A stretch of 64,000 bases of DNA from NCBI GenBank assembly GCA_041690215.1, contig JAWLHQ010000003.1:330518-394517 (forward strand), read 5' to 3'. The notes under the pieces were generated by a model, which did no database searches, was not told where the DNA came from, and saw only the letters and a program-made list of their open reading frames with translations. The translations under genes and the position numbers were made by a program. Source of the stretch: Rhodothermales bacterium. Lineage in GTDB: Bacteria > Bacteroidota > Rhodothermia > Rhodothermales > DASSAV01. The number at the start of each line of letters is the position of its first letter. Position 1 is the stretch's first letter. Below are positions 28,706 through 37,043 of this stretch, one piece after another.

Positions 28706-29239
28706 ATGAACCAGCATTCTTCTTCCAGTGATCACGCCTCGGCCATAGATGATTTACCCGAGGGCCGCGCCGAACGCTACGAGGCTATCCTTGCCCGCAT
28801 TCATGCCCTGCTGGAAGGCGAAGACGACTGGATCTCTGCCATGGCCACGGTTGCCTGCGAACTGCACGGAGCCTTCGATCACTACCACTGGACCGGCTTC
28901 TACCGCGCCGTTTCTGCGAGCCTGCTCATCGTTGGCCCTTATCAGGGCGGCCACGGCTGCCTGCGCATTCCATTTGACAAGGGAGTCTGCGGCGCAGCCG
29001 CACGTACCCGCCAGACCCAGCTCGTGCCGGACGTCAACCAGTTCCCCGGCCATATCGCCTGCTCCAGTTCCACCCGATCCGAGATCGTCGTGCCAGTCAT
29101 AACACCGAAAGGTGATCTCCTCGCCGTTCTCGACGTGGATTCCAATTACCCGGCGGCGTTCGACGAAACCGACCGGCACTACCTGGAACAACTCTGTGCC
29201 GACCTGGGACGGCAATTCCAGGGTGCAACCATTCGGTGA
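28706..29239 (+). CDS. msrC: GAF-domain free methionine-(R)-sulfoxide reductase
   Basis: The ORF track starts at 28616. I prefer ATG 28706. WTGFYR, GPYQGGHGCLRIPFDKGVCGAAA, and FPGHIACSSSTRSEIVVPV match the YebR/fRMsr family as I recall it. Confidence 0.75.
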   Translation: MNQHSSSSDHASAIDDLPEGRAERYEAILARIHALLEGEDDWISAMATVACELHGAFDHYHWTGFYRAVSASLLIVGPYQGGHGCLRIPFDKGVCGAAARTRQTQLVPDVNQFPGHIACSSSTRSEIVVPVITPKGDLLAVLDVDSNYPAAFDETDRHYLEQLCADLGRQFQGATIR

Positions 29240-29408
29240 TTTAATAAAAGAGACGGCACGGACGAAGGATTCATGGAGTTGGTGCGGTGATTCCTGGCCG
29301 TGCACAGGCAGGCACCGATCGGAGGGTTTCGAGGCGTACGAGGGGACGGGAGCGTCGGCGTGCCGCGCCATGCGGCCAGCCTACAGCAACCTTATTCCGG
29401 GCACTCCT

Positions 29409-29726
29409 ATGCGCATAGCTCTCATTTTCGGCGTCGTCCTTGCCATCCTGGCAGTGATTTTCGCGTTCGAGAACCCCGGGTTCACCGACATCACGTTTTT
29501 CGGGTACAGCTTCCGCGTTCTCACGGCAGCCCTGTTGATCGCTTCTTTCGGAATGGGCGCACTGATCGGCATGTTGCTCACGTTTCCCAGTGGCTGGCGA
29601 AGTCGCCGCCGCGTCCGCGCCTTGGAGAAGCAACTCAGGGAGCGGCCTGTCGTGGCGTCACCCGTGGTGGAGCGTACTGTCGTTGAAGATCCGGACCCGG
29701 CTACGAGGCGCAGCCTCAATCTGTGA
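29409..29726 (+). CDS. LapA/DUF1049-like small inner-membrane protein
   Basis: An internal ATG of ORF 29112..29726 gives MRIALIFGVVLAILAVIFAFENP...LLIASFGMGALIGMLL (two TM segments) plus a charged tail. The upstream part of the ORF looks non-coding. Confidence 0.55.
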   Translation: MRIALIFGVVLAILAVIFAFENPGFTDITFFGYSFRVLTAALLIASFGMGALIGMLLTFPSGWRSRRRVRALEKQLRERPVVASPVVERTVVEDPDPATRRSLNL

Positions 29727-29792
29727 ACGTGGTGAAAGCGCTTATGGAATGGTGCCCGGCCTTCCCCCTGCTCCCCTATAACAACACCAGCC

Positions 29793-30248
29793 ATGAGCAG
29801 TCATGAACAACGGGTCATCTTGCTGGCCGAGGATGATCCCGACGACCAGATGTTCGCCCGCAAGGCCCTGAACGACTGCCAGACTACCATTCGGATCGAG
29901 GTGGTCCACGATGGTGAGCAACTCATGCAATACCTCAGGCGAGAGGGTCCGTATTCCGACGACGATACGGCCCCCCTGCCAGACGTCATCCTGCTCGATC
30001 TGAATATGCCCCGGATGAATGGCCGGGAGGCCCTTCATCAGATCAAGCGGGACGCTATACTCAAGCGCATCCCGGTCATCGTCCTGACCACGTCGAACGC
30101 ATCCCCCGATATTCTCGACTCGTACGACCGTGGAACCAACGCGTACATCGTCAAGCCGCTCAACTATAAAGCGATGTGTGCGGCGATGGATGCTATCGGG
30201 CAGTTCTGGTTCAATACCGCCAGACTGACCTCACGAGACAGCCGATAA
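29793..30248 (+). CDS. Stand-alone response regulator receiver domain (CheY-like)
   Basis: 151 aa. ILLAEDDPDD, phospho-acceptor context VILLDLNMPRMNG, VIVLTTS, and YIVKP. Confidence 0.85.
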   Translation: MSSHEQRVILLAEDDPDDQMFARKALNDCQTTIRIEVVHDGEQLMQYLRREGPYSDDDTAPLPDVILLDLNMPRMNGREALHQIKRDAILKRIPVIVLTTSNASPDILDSYDRGTNAYIVKPLNYKAMCAAMDAIGQFWFNTARLTSRDSR

Positions 30249-30286
30249 GCCGGCAACAGGATAGAGGTAGGGGCCCCATGAAAGGT

Positions 30287-30337
30287 GGATGGGAGGTTGA
30301 GCAGGGTACAAGACCGTAGCCCTCTAGCCTCCCATCC
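30287..30337 (+). terminator. Candidate terminator hairpin after the response regulator gene
   Basis: 10-bp stem ggatgggagg / cctcccatcc enclosing a structured ~30-nt loop, followed by tttt. Confidence 0.4.
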
Positions 30338-30402
30338 TTTTACTCCACACAGGTTTGCCGCACTCGGGCCCGGCCGGATCCGACCGGTCAGTGTGCTCCC
30401 GC

Positions 30403-31812
30403 TTAAACGCCGAGTTGCTTTACCGCATCCTCAATGAGGGCCTCGGCCTCCTTCACAGATGGCGCCTCCGCATAGATTCGAAGCACGGGCTCCGTTCCCG
30501 AGGGCCGAACGAGCAGCCAGCCGTTCTCGGTGAGGTGCTTGTACCCGTCCAGCGTCTGCACCTCCTGCACTTTCTTACCGGCAATCTGGTCCAGCCCGCC
30601 CTGTTTCAGGCGATCCAACACGTTCTGCTTCTTTTCCTCCGTCGTGTGTATGTCAGCGCGGCGGTTGTAGTGCGGGCCGAACTCATCGAACAGTTCTTGC
30701 ACGAGTTCGGACAGCTTCTTGCCTCGCTTCACTATCATCTCCACGATGAGCAAGCCGATGTAGATGCCGTCGCGTTCCGGGATATGGCCCTTCACCGCCA
30801 TCCCGCCCGATTCTTCCCCACCGACGAGCACATCCCCCTCGACAATCTTGGACCCGATGTACTTGAACCCGATGGCGGTCGTATCCACCTTGAGGCCGTA
30901 CTTCTGCCCCATCTTATCGAGCATGTGGGTCGTGGAGAAGGTCTTTACGATATCGCCGCTCAGGCCGCGCTCCTCGTGCAGGTATTTCACCAGCAGCGCA
31001 AGCAGCTGATGTGAATCCACAAACTGGCCCTTCTCGTCGAACATGCCGATCCGGTCGGCATCGCCGTCGTTTGCCAGCCCCACATCGCACCCTGCCTCGA
31101 CGACGGCCTCTGCCAATCCTTGCAGGTTCTTTTCGATAGGTTCGGGGGCCTGCCCGTGAAAGCCGGGGTTGAGGTCGCTCCGGAGCGACAGCACGTTGTC
31201 TGCTCCCAGAAGCCGGGCTACGACTCCCTGACCCGCCCCGTACATCGCGTCGTGCGCCACTTTGACACCCGACCTGATGATGGCCGGGATATCGAGGCGG
31301 CCCCGCAACATGGTCTCGTAATCCCCCTCGATGTCCTGCACGTCGATGATTCCCTGCCGCCTGAACTCCTCGAAGGATTCCTTGATGGGGGGCAAGTCGG
31401 TAACCCGATCGGTCTCGTCTTCCACCGCCGAGATCATCTCGGGAGAAGCCGGGCCGCCGAAGTGCGCCTTGATCTTGAATCCGTTGTATTCCGGAGGGTT
31501 ATGGCTGGCCGTGATCACGATGCCAGCATCGGCGCCGAACTCCTTCGTGGCCCATGAGATGGCCGGCGTGGTGGCGAAGGTTTCGGCGAAGATGACCTTG
31601 ATGTTCTGTGCGGCCAGAATACGGGCCGTGTGCTCGGCAAACTGACGGCCGAGGAAGCGCGTGTCATGACCGACAACGGCTTTCGGGCTATCTCCATAGT
31701 TTTTCTTCAACCACTGCGCCGTGGCATGGGCCACCAGGCTCAGATTCTCAAATGTGTAATCCTTCGCTATAACGGCCCGCCAGCCGTCCGTACCGAACTT
31801 GATCTTGGGCAT
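30403..31812 (-). CDS. Phosphoglucomutase/phosphomannomutase family protein
   Basis: 469 aa. Active-site loop ITASHNPPEYNGFK, metal loop ANDGDADR, and sugar loop GGEESGG. Confidence 0.9.
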   Translation of the reverse strand: MPKIKFGTDGWRAVIAKDYTFENLSLVAHATAQWLKKNYGDSPKAVVGHDTRFLGRQFAEHTARILAAQNIKVIFAETFATTPAISWATKEFGADAGIVITASHNPPEYNGFKIKAHFGGPASPEMISAVEDETDRVTDLPPIKESFEEFRRQGIIDVQDIEGDYETMLRGRLDIPAIIRSGVKVAHDAMYGAGQGVVARLLGADNVLSLRSDLNPGFHGQAPEPIEKNLQGLAEAVVEAGCDVGLANDGDADRIGMFDEKGQFVDSHQLLALLVKYLHEERGLSGDIVKTFSTTHMLDKMGQKYGLKVDTTAIGFKYIGSKIVEGDVLVGGEESGGMAVKGHIPERDGIYIGLLIVEMIVKRGKKLSELVQELFDEFGPHYNRRADIHTTEEKKQNVLDRLKQGGLDQIAGKKVQEVQTLDGYKHLTENGWLLVRPSGTEPVLRIYAEAPSVKEAEALIEDAVKQLGV

Positions 31813-32003
31813 AAGTGATAGTCGGTTGTCTATGATCGAGATGATTCAGCCGGATGCCGAAGATAGGGAAACACCCGGCGTTGCACACCCCGGCATGAAG
31901 TGCCGAGATGCGCAAAACGCGAGGAAGCTAATAAGAAATCGGACGGAGTATCGTTTCAAGACGGTAAACACCCGGTAACACTCCCGATACCCCATTCGAG
32001 CTA

Positions 32004-32819
32004 TCACGGCGGTGGAGGCGGGGCGGGACGCAAGACCGCCATTGCGGTGGCATGCACGGTTACCCGGACGCGCTGCATGCCCGAGGGCATATTCTCCCGC
32101 GGTGAGATTCTGAGCAGGCCCGTATAGTCCTCTCCCGCGTACAACACCTTGTCCGTCGTGAGTGAGAGCGTAGTGCCGTCCGGTGCATTGGCGGCAACGG
32201 ATGCGATCTCCACCCACTTCCGGTCCGACGAGCGCAGCAGGAACGTCAGGTCACCGAAGATCGTCGGCGCACTGCCACCTCCGATCCATTCCGATCTGAC
32301 CTGCCGCGGCCTGATCCACTCCATCTGCTCCTCATCGAGCCCCCTTGCCATTACCTGGTCAGCGAGGCCGTGCTCCGGCGCCGTAATCCCCACACTTTCG
32401 AACCCGGCGAAGCGGTCGGGGTCGAATTCAAAGGTATACGTCAGGACCACATTGAAATAGGCGCGATCCTCGGTCGTGAACGCCCCGATGGGACTGGACG
32501 GGAGATCTTTTCCCCACTGGACGGGGACGACCCGCCACCAGTGATGCCCCAACGGCTTGGGCCGGATCGTGACCTGGGTTTCCGTGGTCCGGATCGAGTC
32601 CGTTACCTTCGTGAGGAGAGGGTCTTCGGCGATTTCGACCCGGTAGTACTGTATGTTCTCGATCGGGCTCCACCGTAGTACGAGCGAGGAGTCGGACGAC
32701 CAGACGGTCCAGTTCATAGGCCCCAGCAAGCGAGGTCCCTCGTCGATTTCCATGCTCGAGGAATCGCATGCTGCGAGCAGTACTATACAGACGACAATCG
32801 GAACTATCAGCTTCATCAT
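32004..32819 (-). CDS. Hypothetical lipoprotein (FN3-like N-terminal region, Pro-rich tail)
   Basis: The ORF-track start at 32852 is TTG. ATG 32819 gives MMKLIVPIVVCIVLLAACDSS (lipobox). LVLRWSPIENIQYYRVEIAED resembles an FN3-type strand pattern. I recognise no family. Confidence 0.5.
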   Translation of the reverse strand: MMKLIVPIVVCIVLLAACDSSSMEIDEGPRLLGPMNWTVWSSDSSLVLRWSPIENIQYYRVEIAEDPLLTKVTDSIRTTETQVTIRPKPLGHHWWRVVPVQWGKDLPSSPIGAFTTEDRAYFNVVLTYTFEFDPDRFAGFESVGITAPEHGLADQVMARGLDEEQMEWIRPRQVRSEWIGGGSAPTIFGDLTFLLRSSDRKWVEIASVAANAPDGTTLSLTTDKVLYAGEDYTGLLRISPRENMPSGMQRVRVTVHATAMAVLRPAPPPPP

Positions 32820-33086
32820 TTCTGCCGGTGAGTCGGCTCCATAATACGTCAATTTCTTGTAACGCCGTCAAATTCTTGTAACACGGCATCCTCTCAAACC
32901 GGCTCGTTCCGGCAGTTTTCACCCGGCGTCGCGTTCGTATGCCGCGACCGCCCTCTTTCGATATGGAACCGTAACGCTCCGAAGGGATCAAGCCAGGCCG
33001 TATGCACTACAAGGAGCACATCTCACCGCTCTAATTGAGGCGTATGAGGGCTTATGGAGCACGTCAGGGTGCACCAGCGGGATGCA

Positions 33087-33254
33087 TCAGCGGACCTGGA
33101 TCGGTTCCGGCATCACGTCGATACTGCGTGCCGGGGCGATGCACGTGCACGTCCAAAGGACTGTACCAGTCGCAGATTTCTCGTCCGGGATGATTTCTAT
33201 GACGCCTTTGTCGACCTGGCCGGGTGGTACGGATTGCGTGTCGAACGTGAACAT
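33087..33254 (-). CDS. Candidate small ORF (55 aa), below the ORF-track size cut-off
   Basis: Own translation: MFTFDTQSVPPGQVDKGVIEIIPDEKSATGTVLWTCTCIAPARSIDVMPEPIQVR. AAGGA lies 8 nt upstream of the ATG. The composition looks protein-like, unlike the Arg/Pro-rich spurious frames nearby. Confidence 0.25.
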   Translation of the reverse strand: MFTFDTQSVPPGQVDKGVIEIIPDEKSATGTVLWTCTCIAPARSIDVMPEPIQVR

Positions 33255-33354
33255 GGCTGAGTCCTTTGTGGCGAATAGCGGTCGGCTGTCAGTGGTCGGA
33301 TTGTGACGGGGGTGTAACGAATCTTACAAAATTGAACGGGGTGTGGGGCGGAGT

Positions 33355-33798
33355 GGGCGCAGCGCGCTGCGCCCCTACGATGGGGCGGGTGTGTTCGGAG
33401 GTTCGGGGACATTGGTGCTCGTAGTGGGGTTGTGTAGGGGCGTGCGGCCACACGCCCCTACGTGGTCTGGTGCAGGCGGGTGTTGAAACAGGAGCGCCGG
33501 TGGCACGGTGGCGCCACCGGTACCTGGATTCCGGGCGGGCGGGCATGATGTTGCAGGTTCTTTCGTCCAGACGGTTTGCTATTGCTGATCATGTGCGAAC
33601 ATCCTCCTGCCTTGCTCCGCTGGACGCGTTCGCAAGGCTGTCCTCCTTCAAAGGAGGATTCACAGTCTGGGGACATCGTCGTTGTGCGATTGCAGGGTCG
33701 TGTACGATTGCAGGGTCGTTGCGTGGAGACGCAGCATGCTGCGTCTCTACAATAGCATAGTGCCATGTGGGTATGGAGGACACACCGGTGGTGTGTCC
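33355..33798. repeat. Cluster of four GC-rich palindromic hairpins plus an 18-bp-period direct repeat in non-coding DNA
   Basis: The palindromes are: 33355-33374 gggcgcagcgcgctgcgccc (20 nt); 33434-33461 gtaggggcgtg cggcca cacgcccctac; 33726-33747 gagacgcagcatgctgcgtctc (22 nt); 33778-33798 ggacacacc ggt ggtgtgtcc. Each is followed by ctac. The direct repeat cgattgcagggtcgt occurs at 33687-33701 and 33705-33719. Confidence 0.85.
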
Positions 33799-34132
33799 CT
33801 ACCATGTGGCCTGGGACCGGGTCGGCGTTCTGGAAGGTAGGTTGTGAGTGGGGGTGTGTCGAGGTTATTCTGGTAACCTACATATGTGTGTTGGAGTTGT
33901 CAGCGGTCAGCAAAACCAGAAGGCGGTTGGCGGTTAGCCAGGGAGGGTTGGGAGTTGACGGGGATCGGGGTGGGTGAAGCTGAGGTGCGCTGGTGGCGGG
34001 TAGTTGCTCTCGGGTCATATCCGGGCGGGCTTTGTTGCCTTTTTCACACACGCGCACGTCTGATTGTCGTATGTATAGGGGCAACGAGGTCCGCCGTGAC
34101 GGCGGTTTCCGTGGTGCCCTGACTTGACGCTT

Positions 34133-34513
34133 ATGGGTCGCCTGATCCGATATCACGCACTCCTGCTGATGGTACTGAGCATCGGGCTCAGCACACAGGG
34201 CGGGCTCGTGGTTCAGGCGCTGTTTCATCTCCGGCAGGGGTTCATTGCGACGCATCTCTGCGAGAACCGTGCGAATCCGGACATGAAATGCCATGGCAAA
34301 TGCTTTCTGAAGAAGCACCTGCACGAAGCGGAGCAGCAGCGTAAGCAGACCACCTCCTCCCCCACTGTCTCCCCGGTGTTTCATTTTCTGGTATCCGGCG
34401 ACGTAATCCTCCCGCCCACCCCTGCGTCCGGGAGCCCGCTTTTGAGCCATTACAGTGGCACCGAGCAGGACGGCGTCGCCGTGCAGATCGATCCTCCTCC
34501 CCGAGCAGCCTGA
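34133..34513 (+). CDS. Hypothetical small membrane-anchored protein with a C-x9-C-x3-C motif
   Basis: ATG 34133 (the ORF-track TTG is at 34124). MGRLIRYHALLLMVLSIGL is a TM segment, followed by IATHLCENRANPDMKCHGKCFLKKHL. I recall similar CxN...P...CxGKCxL proteins next to receptors in Bacteroidota, but cannot verify this. Confidence 0.4.
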   Translation: MGRLIRYHALLLMVLSIGLSTQGGLVVQALFHLRQGFIATHLCENRANPDMKCHGKCFLKKHLHEAEQQRKQTTSSPTVSPVFHFLVSGDVILPPTPASGSPLLSHYSGTEQDGVAVQIDPPPRAA

Positions 34514-34742
34514 TGCTTTCTGCGAGCGATCCTGCTTGCACACCGTATCCCTTCCGACCTCCCATCTGATAGCAGATCTGCGGTCTTCCGGTACAGACGT
34601 ACGCATGGCGGCTTTTGCGGTCCGGCTGCGTCTATACCAGCGAACACCGCGCCCGAAATGGTGATGCGCCGTGTGTGCGGGACCGAACCGGAACGACCGG
34701 AGGCCTGCCATGAGGTTTCTCCGGCCCCACCCAGGATCTGCC

Positions 34743-37043
34743 ATGAACCGTATCGTGATGCTGGCCGTGCTGGTGATAGCGGCCTTGTTTATCCCCCTGA
34801 CGACCTATGCGCAACATGTCCTTCGCGGGCACGTGGAGGACGCCGTGACCGGCGAAGCCCTCATCGGCGTGGCCGTACGCGCGGAGGGCACCACCCTCGG
34901 CACCGTCACCGATCCCGACGGCAACTTTGAACTGCATGCTGCCGGTCCCGCCAGGCGGCTGGTGTTCTCGTTCGTAGGCTATGAGACGAAGATCGTGTAC
35001 CTAGAGGACGCCGCTGCCGAGATCCAGGTAGCACTCGCGCCCCGGATGATGGACCTTCAGCCCGTCATCGTCAGTGCGAGCCGGACCGAAGAGCAACGTT
35101 CCGCCGCGCCCGTCGCGATCGCGGCGCTCACAGCCAGCCAGATCAAGACTTCTAAGCCCAACATGCTCTCTGAGGCGCTCAACACCCTGCCGGGCGTTCA
35201 CGTGACGAACCTCGGCAACGAGCAGCACGCTATGAGCATCCGGCAGCCGCTTTCTTACAAGGCCCTGTTCGCCTACCTGGAGGACGGTATTCCGATCCGC
35301 CCCGTGGGCATTTTCAACCATAACGCGTTGATCGAAATCAACATGGTAGGAATGGAGCGCGTGGAGGTCGTCCGCGGCCCTTCGTCGTCCCTCTACGGTT
35401 CCAACGCCATCGGAGGCGCGATCAACTTCATCACGCCGCGCCCATCGCAAACGCCGACCGCCACCCTCAGTCTCCGCACCGATAACTACGGCTACCGGCG
35501 CGGCGACTTCGAGGCCTCCACGACGACGGGCAAGTTCGGACTGTACGGCGGCGGCTACGTGGCCCGGCAGCGAGATGGGTGGAGCGAACACAGCGACTTC
35601 GATAAGGTCTCCCTCACGCTCCGGGGCGACTACACCTTCACCCCGACTACGAGACTGACCACGACCTTCTCGACGAACCACCTGAAGACGGATACCAACG
35701 GCAACCTGGACAGCCTCAATTTCTACACCAAGGGGTTCACGAGCCTTCAGACGTTCACGTACCGGGAAGTCCACGCCTCCCGGCTAACGAGCCAGCTGGA
35801 TCACGTCTGGAACGCCCGCAACAGCACGAACGTCGCCCTATACTGGCGCAAGAACTCGGTAGGCCAGCTGCCGCATTACCGGATCAGGAATCTCAGAGAC
35901 GATCCGGCTCGGGCTCTGGGTGAGGTCAACGAGGACGGGTTCTGGAGCCTGGGTCTGAACGTCCAGCACCGTACGTACCTGAACCTGCTGAATGCCCGGC
36001 TCATCACCGGAGTGAGCATCGACCGCAGCCCCAACTCGTACCTGGCGCATTTCATCGACATAGACCGGGATCCGGAGAGCGGGCGTTATCTGCACTACGA
36101 ACAACAGGATTCCCTCCTGACGGATTACGACGTGGACCTCCTCAATTCGGCGGCCTATGCTCAGTTCGAGCTTTCGCCCGTGGCCCGGTTGAGGCTCGTC
36201 GCCTCCCTGCGGTACGACCGGATCGATTACGGCTATGACAACCACCTGCCCCCATCGGCCTTCTCCGGTGCGCCTGACGAGCGGAACCGCTTCAACCGGC
36301 TCAGCCCACGCGCCGGCCTCACGTACGACCTCGGCGGCGGACGCGGCCTCTACGCCAATTACAGCCGGGGTTTCCTGCCGCCGGAAGTCGGCGAGCTGTA
36401 CCGGGGCGTCAAGGTGCCCACCCTTCAACCCTCTACGTTCGACAGTTATGAGGCGGGCGGCTGGCTGGCGCTCTGGAACGGGCGGCTGAACGCAGAGGCG
36501 AGCGTCTACCGGATGGATGGGACGAACGAGATCATCTCCGTCCGGCTGGACGATGGTTCGTCGGAGAACCGGAATGCAGGGCGGACGCGCCACACCGGCA
36601 TCGAGTATGCCCTCGTCGCCGCGCCGGTACGCGACCTCACGATCCGCCTGAGCGGGACCAACGCCCGGCACGAATTCATCCGGTACGAGGACCAGGGGCA
36701 GCAGCTCGACGGGAACCTGATGGACGCCGCGCCGGGGTGGATGGCGAATGCGGAAGTCACGTACCGTCCACGCTTCCTCAAGGGTGCCCGCGCCGGTTTC
36801 GAGTGGGAGCACGTGGGGCCGTACTACATGGACCCACAGAATACGCTGCGGTATGGCGGCTACGACGTGTTCAACATCCGGTTGGGATACACCTTCCGCA
36901 TGGTAGAATTGTGGGCGAACGTGCTCAACGTGACAGACGAGCTGTACGCCAGCATCGCCAGCAAGAGCCGGTACGGACAACAGTACAATCCGGGCGCTCC
37001 GCGAAGCATCAGCTTCGGCGTCGGCTACCGGTTCGGACAATGA
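34743..37043 (+). CDS. TonB-dependent receptor with carboxypeptidase-regulatory-like N-terminal domain
   Basis: The ORF track starts at 34671. ATG 34743 gives MNRIVMLAVLVIAALFIPLTTYAQ (signal peptide). HVEDAVTGEALIGVAVRAEGTTLGTVTDPDGNFEL, plug motifs (VIVSASRTEE, IEVVRGPSSSLYGSNAIGGAINFI) and a long beta-barrel follow. Confidence 0.9.
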   Translation: MNRIVMLAVLVIAALFIPLTTYAQHVLRGHVEDAVTGEALIGVAVRAEGTTLGTVTDPDGNFELHAAGPARRLVFSFVGYETKIVYLEDAAAEIQVALAPRMMDLQPVIVSASRTEEQRSAAPVAIAALTASQIKTSKPNMLSEALNTLPGVHVTNLGNEQHAMSIRQPLSYKALFAYLEDGIPIRPVGIFNHNALIEINMVGMERVEVVRGPSSSLYGSNAIGGAINFITPRPSQTPTATLSLRTDNYGYRRGDFEASTTTGKFGLYGGGYVARQRDGWSEHSDFDKVSLTLRGDYTFTPTTRLTTTFSTNHLKTDTNGNLDSLNFYTKGFTSLQTFTYREVHASRLTSQLDHVWNARNSTNVALYWRKNSVGQLPHYRIRNLRDDPARALGEVNEDGFWSLGLNVQHRTYLNLLNARLITGVSIDRSPNSYLAHFIDIDRDPESGRYLHYEQQDSLLTDYDVDLLNSAAYAQFELSPVARLRLVASLRYDRIDYGYDNHLPPSAFSGAPDERNRFNRLSPRAGLTYDLGGGRGLYANYSRGFLPPEVGELYRGVKVPTLQPSTFDSYEAGGWLALWNGRLNAEASVYRMDGTNEIISVRLDDGSSENRNAGRTRHTGIEYALVAAPVRDLTIRLSGTNARHEFIRYEDQGQQLDGNLMDAAPGWMANAEVTYRPRFLKGARAGFEWEHVGPYYMDPQNTLRYGGYDVFNIRLGYTFRMVELWANVLNVTDELYASIASKSRYGQQYNPGAPRSISFGVGYRFGQ

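Noticed and set aside
33290-34100. Possible CRISPR array or tandem-repeat locus
   Set aside because: The palindromes differ in sequence and are irregularly spaced. There is no constant repeat/spacer periodicity, and no cas genes are in the window.
33878-34744. 288-aa minus-strand ORF spanning the non-coding region and the Cys-motif gene
   Set aside because: It is extremely Arg/Gly/Pro-rich with no start context. It overlaps a more protein-like plus-strand ORF and the receptor start.
36737-37039. Upstream extension of the BNR gene ORF into the receptor gene
   Set aside because: The frame is open only because of GC-rich sequence. A lipoprotein signal follows the ATG at 37040/37055, which overlaps the receptor stop.
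35001-37040. Two long minus-strand ORFs (257 aa and 400 aa) antisense to the TonB-dependent receptor
   Set aside because: They are Arg/Pro/Gly/Val-rich and low in complexity, while the plus frame has signal peptide, plug and barrel features.
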